DNA of 64,000 bases from Piedraia hortae CBS 480.64 (Eukaryota): positions 1 to 64,000 of the forward strand of contig MU006025.1 in assembly GCA_010093745.1 (NCBI GenBank), read 5' to 3'. Position numbers and translations under genes: made by a program. The notes beneath the pieces were generated by a model. That model saw nothing but the letters and a program-made list of their open reading frames with translations. It ran no database searches and was not told the origin of the DNA. Below, one piece after another: positions 60,691-64,000 of this stretch (within the stretch, counting starts at the first letter, position 1; the number at the start of each line of letters is the position of its first letter).

Positions 60691-60833
60691 TGTTCTAATA
60701 AACAGCGGCACCTCGCAGGTGTGTCCGTATATACGCGTGTCTAGAGCTACACAAGATAATTCCTAAGTGCCCAAACCCTGGCCAGGGATGTGTGTCATTA
60801 CCTGCGGATCGCTTCGCGGCGGCATGTACAACA
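60691..60833. mobile_element. Solo LTR, family C (143 bp)
   Basis: TGTT..AACA termini, perfect TSD GCTTC; homologue at 21711-21853. Confidence 0.92.
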
Positions 60834-62043
60834 GCTTCAATTATTTACCAAACCCTGTGTTCCTCAACGGGTTCGCCGTATACGGATAGCTTATAGCATG
60901 CTTTCTGAGCCTGCGGGGTGTCACTGGGTTGATTTGCGTTTCAGGCTTGTAAAATAGAGTTTCGAAGCTCATTGATCATCTTCGAAAGCGTTTGTTAAGG
61001 TCGCTAGGTTTGAGAGATGTACTCGAGATCTTGGGCTTGGGAGTTGCTCATGGAAAATCCTTTGATTTTTGGAGATCTACCTCTTCCATTTTAACAACAT
61101 GGTTTTTCAGAGAAATTGGAGCGTGCCTGGTTCTTGTAAACGTTCGGTATAATTTCCCATTTCGTTTTAATCAACTTCATGATGGCTCACATGGGTTAGA
61201 TCGAGTCAAGCCTGCAGTAGGCGAGTTGTCGCCTTAAACACTGCAACGGCAAGCAAAGGAATTTTCAACGTCGACGTCTTTATATGGCTCATCCTATTGC
61301 CCTGGAAGTTGATGACGGCATTCTTGAAATCTCCCACCTCCAGGTTAAACAGGTGTGATTGATGTTTTGCCTGTGTGAATGGCACCGACTTCCCAAGGCT
61401 ATGTCAAGTTGCAGTGAAAGTTCCACCTTAAGTAATGCGCGTTGGTGAATGCGGCCGACAGCCCGCAGTGGAGCAGCTTGGCGGCGGGGTAAATATCTCG
61501 TGCATCGTCGTTACTTCACACATATCTTTCTTTCAGGAATCAGAAAACACGCCTCTCACCGGGGCTATTGCCTCGAGTGTTGGCGCTCAAGGTGTTCAAC
61601 AAATCTGTGGCATCGGGGACGATCGTCGATGCTGAAGCACTGGGCTGCTTGGTAAGTGCCTCGCGGGCAGTTTCGAGAGCGACACCACATCATACAATGT
61701 TTCTTCTCGGATAAAAGTGATGAGTGCTTGCTTAGTTTGGGGTGAATGAAAGTCTGCATCATCACGTCGACTTTCTGAGCTTTTGTGATAGCGTACGTAC
61801 GTACAACCAGGATTACCCCCCTCTCTCTCTCTCTCTCTCACCTCCCTCCTATCCTCCTGCCTCCGGCGCCGTTCCTCCTCCACGGCCCGTTCTAGCCCTT
61901 CCAGACACTGTCATACGTCACACCTGTCACAAATCTCACACTTTGTTTCGGATGGAAGGTGGGGCAGTGGGGTTCGCGACCTGTCAAGCGGAATTAGTCC
62001 CGCTGTCCTGACACGACAACACACGAAGGGCCAGATCTGCGCC

Positions 62044-64000
62044 ATGTCCACGCTGCAGAGTCGCCAGGCAGAGATCCAGGCGAAAAGGGCAAAGCTCGCC
62101 GAATTAAAGCGGCAAAGAGAGCTGAAGGCGCAGGAATTGAAGAGTGGCCGCCAGAGCATTGGGGAAGAGGTAAGTCTCTCCTTCTAGGGGAAGCTATGCT
62201 GAGTGACCAAAGCCAGGCATCTCCAAGCCGTCAGTCTCGGCAAAGGAAGACATTGACTCTCTTATATCCAGTCTCGTTTCCCCGGCCAAAACTCCTGTCA
62301 AACCTCCCGCCAAAAGCCCCGCCGTTACCGAACAAGATGAAACTCCCCCAAGGAGATACCAGGATGCAGCGACCGACACGCAGTCGTTGGAACAGACGCC
62401 GATACAGCAGCCAACATTTGAGGCGCCGCCTAAGCCGGAGACGATGATGTATTCCAAAGGTGTGCAGACAAGTCTTGAAGAGAGTGAAGAGGACGAAGGC
62501 TCCAGAAGGAAGAGGAAGTTGAGCGCGAGAGAGCGAGATGTGGAGGTGGAAAAGCTACGCCAGGAGATTGAAGCCGAGCTGAAGGCGCTCCACAAGCTTG
62601 AGGCAGATGAACCGGAGCCCCGGCGCATCCGACCGTTACCGGCAGAGGAATTGCAAGCCGTAGCAGCGTCCCAAGAATTTACATCTTTTATAGAGCGCAG
62701 CAGCAAGGTGGCTGAGCGCGCACTGGATGAAGATTACGACATTCTTGCAGACTATTCCCTCCGCGAGGGCATCCTCCAGGACGGGGACAGCACTCTAGCC
62801 GGTCTCAGCGTGCGGGAAACGGCGTCATTCTCGCTGCCAGACTCAATGGGAACTCACCGTATGATCAGCAGCCTGGATTTCTCGCCCAAATACCCCGAAT
62901 TGCTGTGTGCAGCGTATACCAAAAGCCAGTCAAATCCTCATACGCCTCCAGGCCTCCTGAACGTCTGGAATCTGCACCTCAAAACGCGCCCAGAGTACAG
63001 TCTACATTCCACCAGTGACATTCTCAGCTGCATATTTCATCCTTATCAACCTAATCTCCTCTTGGGCGGAACCTATACTGGTCAAGTATGCCTCTGGGAC
63101 ATCCGTACAGGCACCGGTCAACCCGTTTCCAAAACGCCTCTGACTGGTGGACGCTCTGGTCACGCTCACCCCATCTATTCCCTCTGTGTCGTCGGTACTC
63201 TGAATGCCAGCTCAATCGTCTCTGTCTCCACTGATGGAGTCGTGTGTTCCTGGACCCCAGAAATGCTCTCTCTGCCCCAAGAGTATCTAGAACTCCACTC
63301 AACTAGCCCTGCTCTCTTCAAAACCGACGAAGTTGCACCTACCTGCATATCTTTCCCCGTAGGGGATCCCACTGTCTTCCTTGCCGGAACTGAGCAGGGT
63401 AGCATTCTCCCAGTGCACCGATATGACCGAGCCCATGCTAAAGCAGGCGTAGACACGCGTGTAGTCTACAGAGGCCACACCGCGCCTGTGACGGGAGTGC
63501 ACTGCCATCCTTCACGCGGACCCATAGACCTCGCAGACCTATGCCTATCATCAGGACTAGACTGGAGCGTCAAGCTCTGGCGCACGAGACCATCCGCAAC
63601 CAAAGAAGAGGTCGTTGCTCCATTAATATCGTTCGAAAAAGAAGACCCCGTGTACGACGTCATGTGGCATCCACTCCGACCCGGCGTCTTCGCAACTGTC
63701 GACGGCGCAGGCCATCTAGACATTCATGACTTGGTCAGGGATAAAGAGAGCTATGTAGCTAGAGCTACCACCGGCGAGAGTGATGCATTGCAAGGTAGAG
63801 AGGTTCAAGCCTCTGCTCAGACTTCGCGGCTTAAATCCCTAAATTGTCTGTCATGGGAAAAGACTGCTGGCAAACAGGTTGTTGTGGGTGGATTGGAGGG
63901 TAAGGTGACTGTTTTTGAGCTCGGACAGGATCTCACCGGGCCTGAGCCGAAAAAGGAGGTTTGGTCAGGCCTTAGAAGCTGGATTAGAGGGGGCGCTAAA
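62044..64000 (+). CDS. PAC11: Cytoplasmic dynein intermediate chain (WD40), 3' end beyond the window; intron from about 62170
   Basis: N-terminal coiled coil QAEIQAKRAKLAELKRQRE; light-chain site YSKGVQT; FIERSSKVAERALDEDYDILADY; DFSPKYPELL; GGTYTGQVCLWD; GHAHPIY; LSSGLDWSVKLW. Confidence 0.93.

Overview
This is eukaryotic DNA from a filamentous ascomycete (Pezizomycotina; the exact lineage is inference only) with a very compact gene layout. Most introns are about 45-65 nt GT-AG introns and several intergenic gaps are only 60-200 bp. A first gene-dense block (about 3.9-18.7 kb) holds CDC55, a hypothetical protein, DNM1, a Bys1-like secreted protein, LSM2, RPE1, a Cys-rich type-I membrane protein, a methyltransferase-domain protein, another hypothetical protein and a thioredoxin-fold protein. 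A second block (about 43.8-57.2 kb) holds an RsmA/Fcr3-like bZIP, a membrane protein, a secreted GSGSS-repeat protein, NOC4, ATP4, AMD1 and ATP synthase subunit e. A dynein intermediate chain gene starts at 62.0 kb and runs off the window. Between the two blocks lies about 25 kb without a recognisable intact gene. It contains solo LTRs of at least four families with readable 5-bp target-site duplications, nested insertions, Copia and Gypsy remnants and decayed paralogous gene fragments, and it is not obviously AT-rich. A smaller TE-remnant block lies at 57.5-61.9 kb, and a decayed repeat array with a unit of about 300 bp lies at 1-2.3 kb. I found no CRISPR array, rRNA or tRNA, and no convincing wholly new biological system. 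The best leads are the RPE1-LSM2 62-bp junction, a dual-coding intron in the bZIP gene, self-complementary long introns sharing a motif, the decayed repeat array and the nested-element record. All family assignments are from motif recognition, with no database search.
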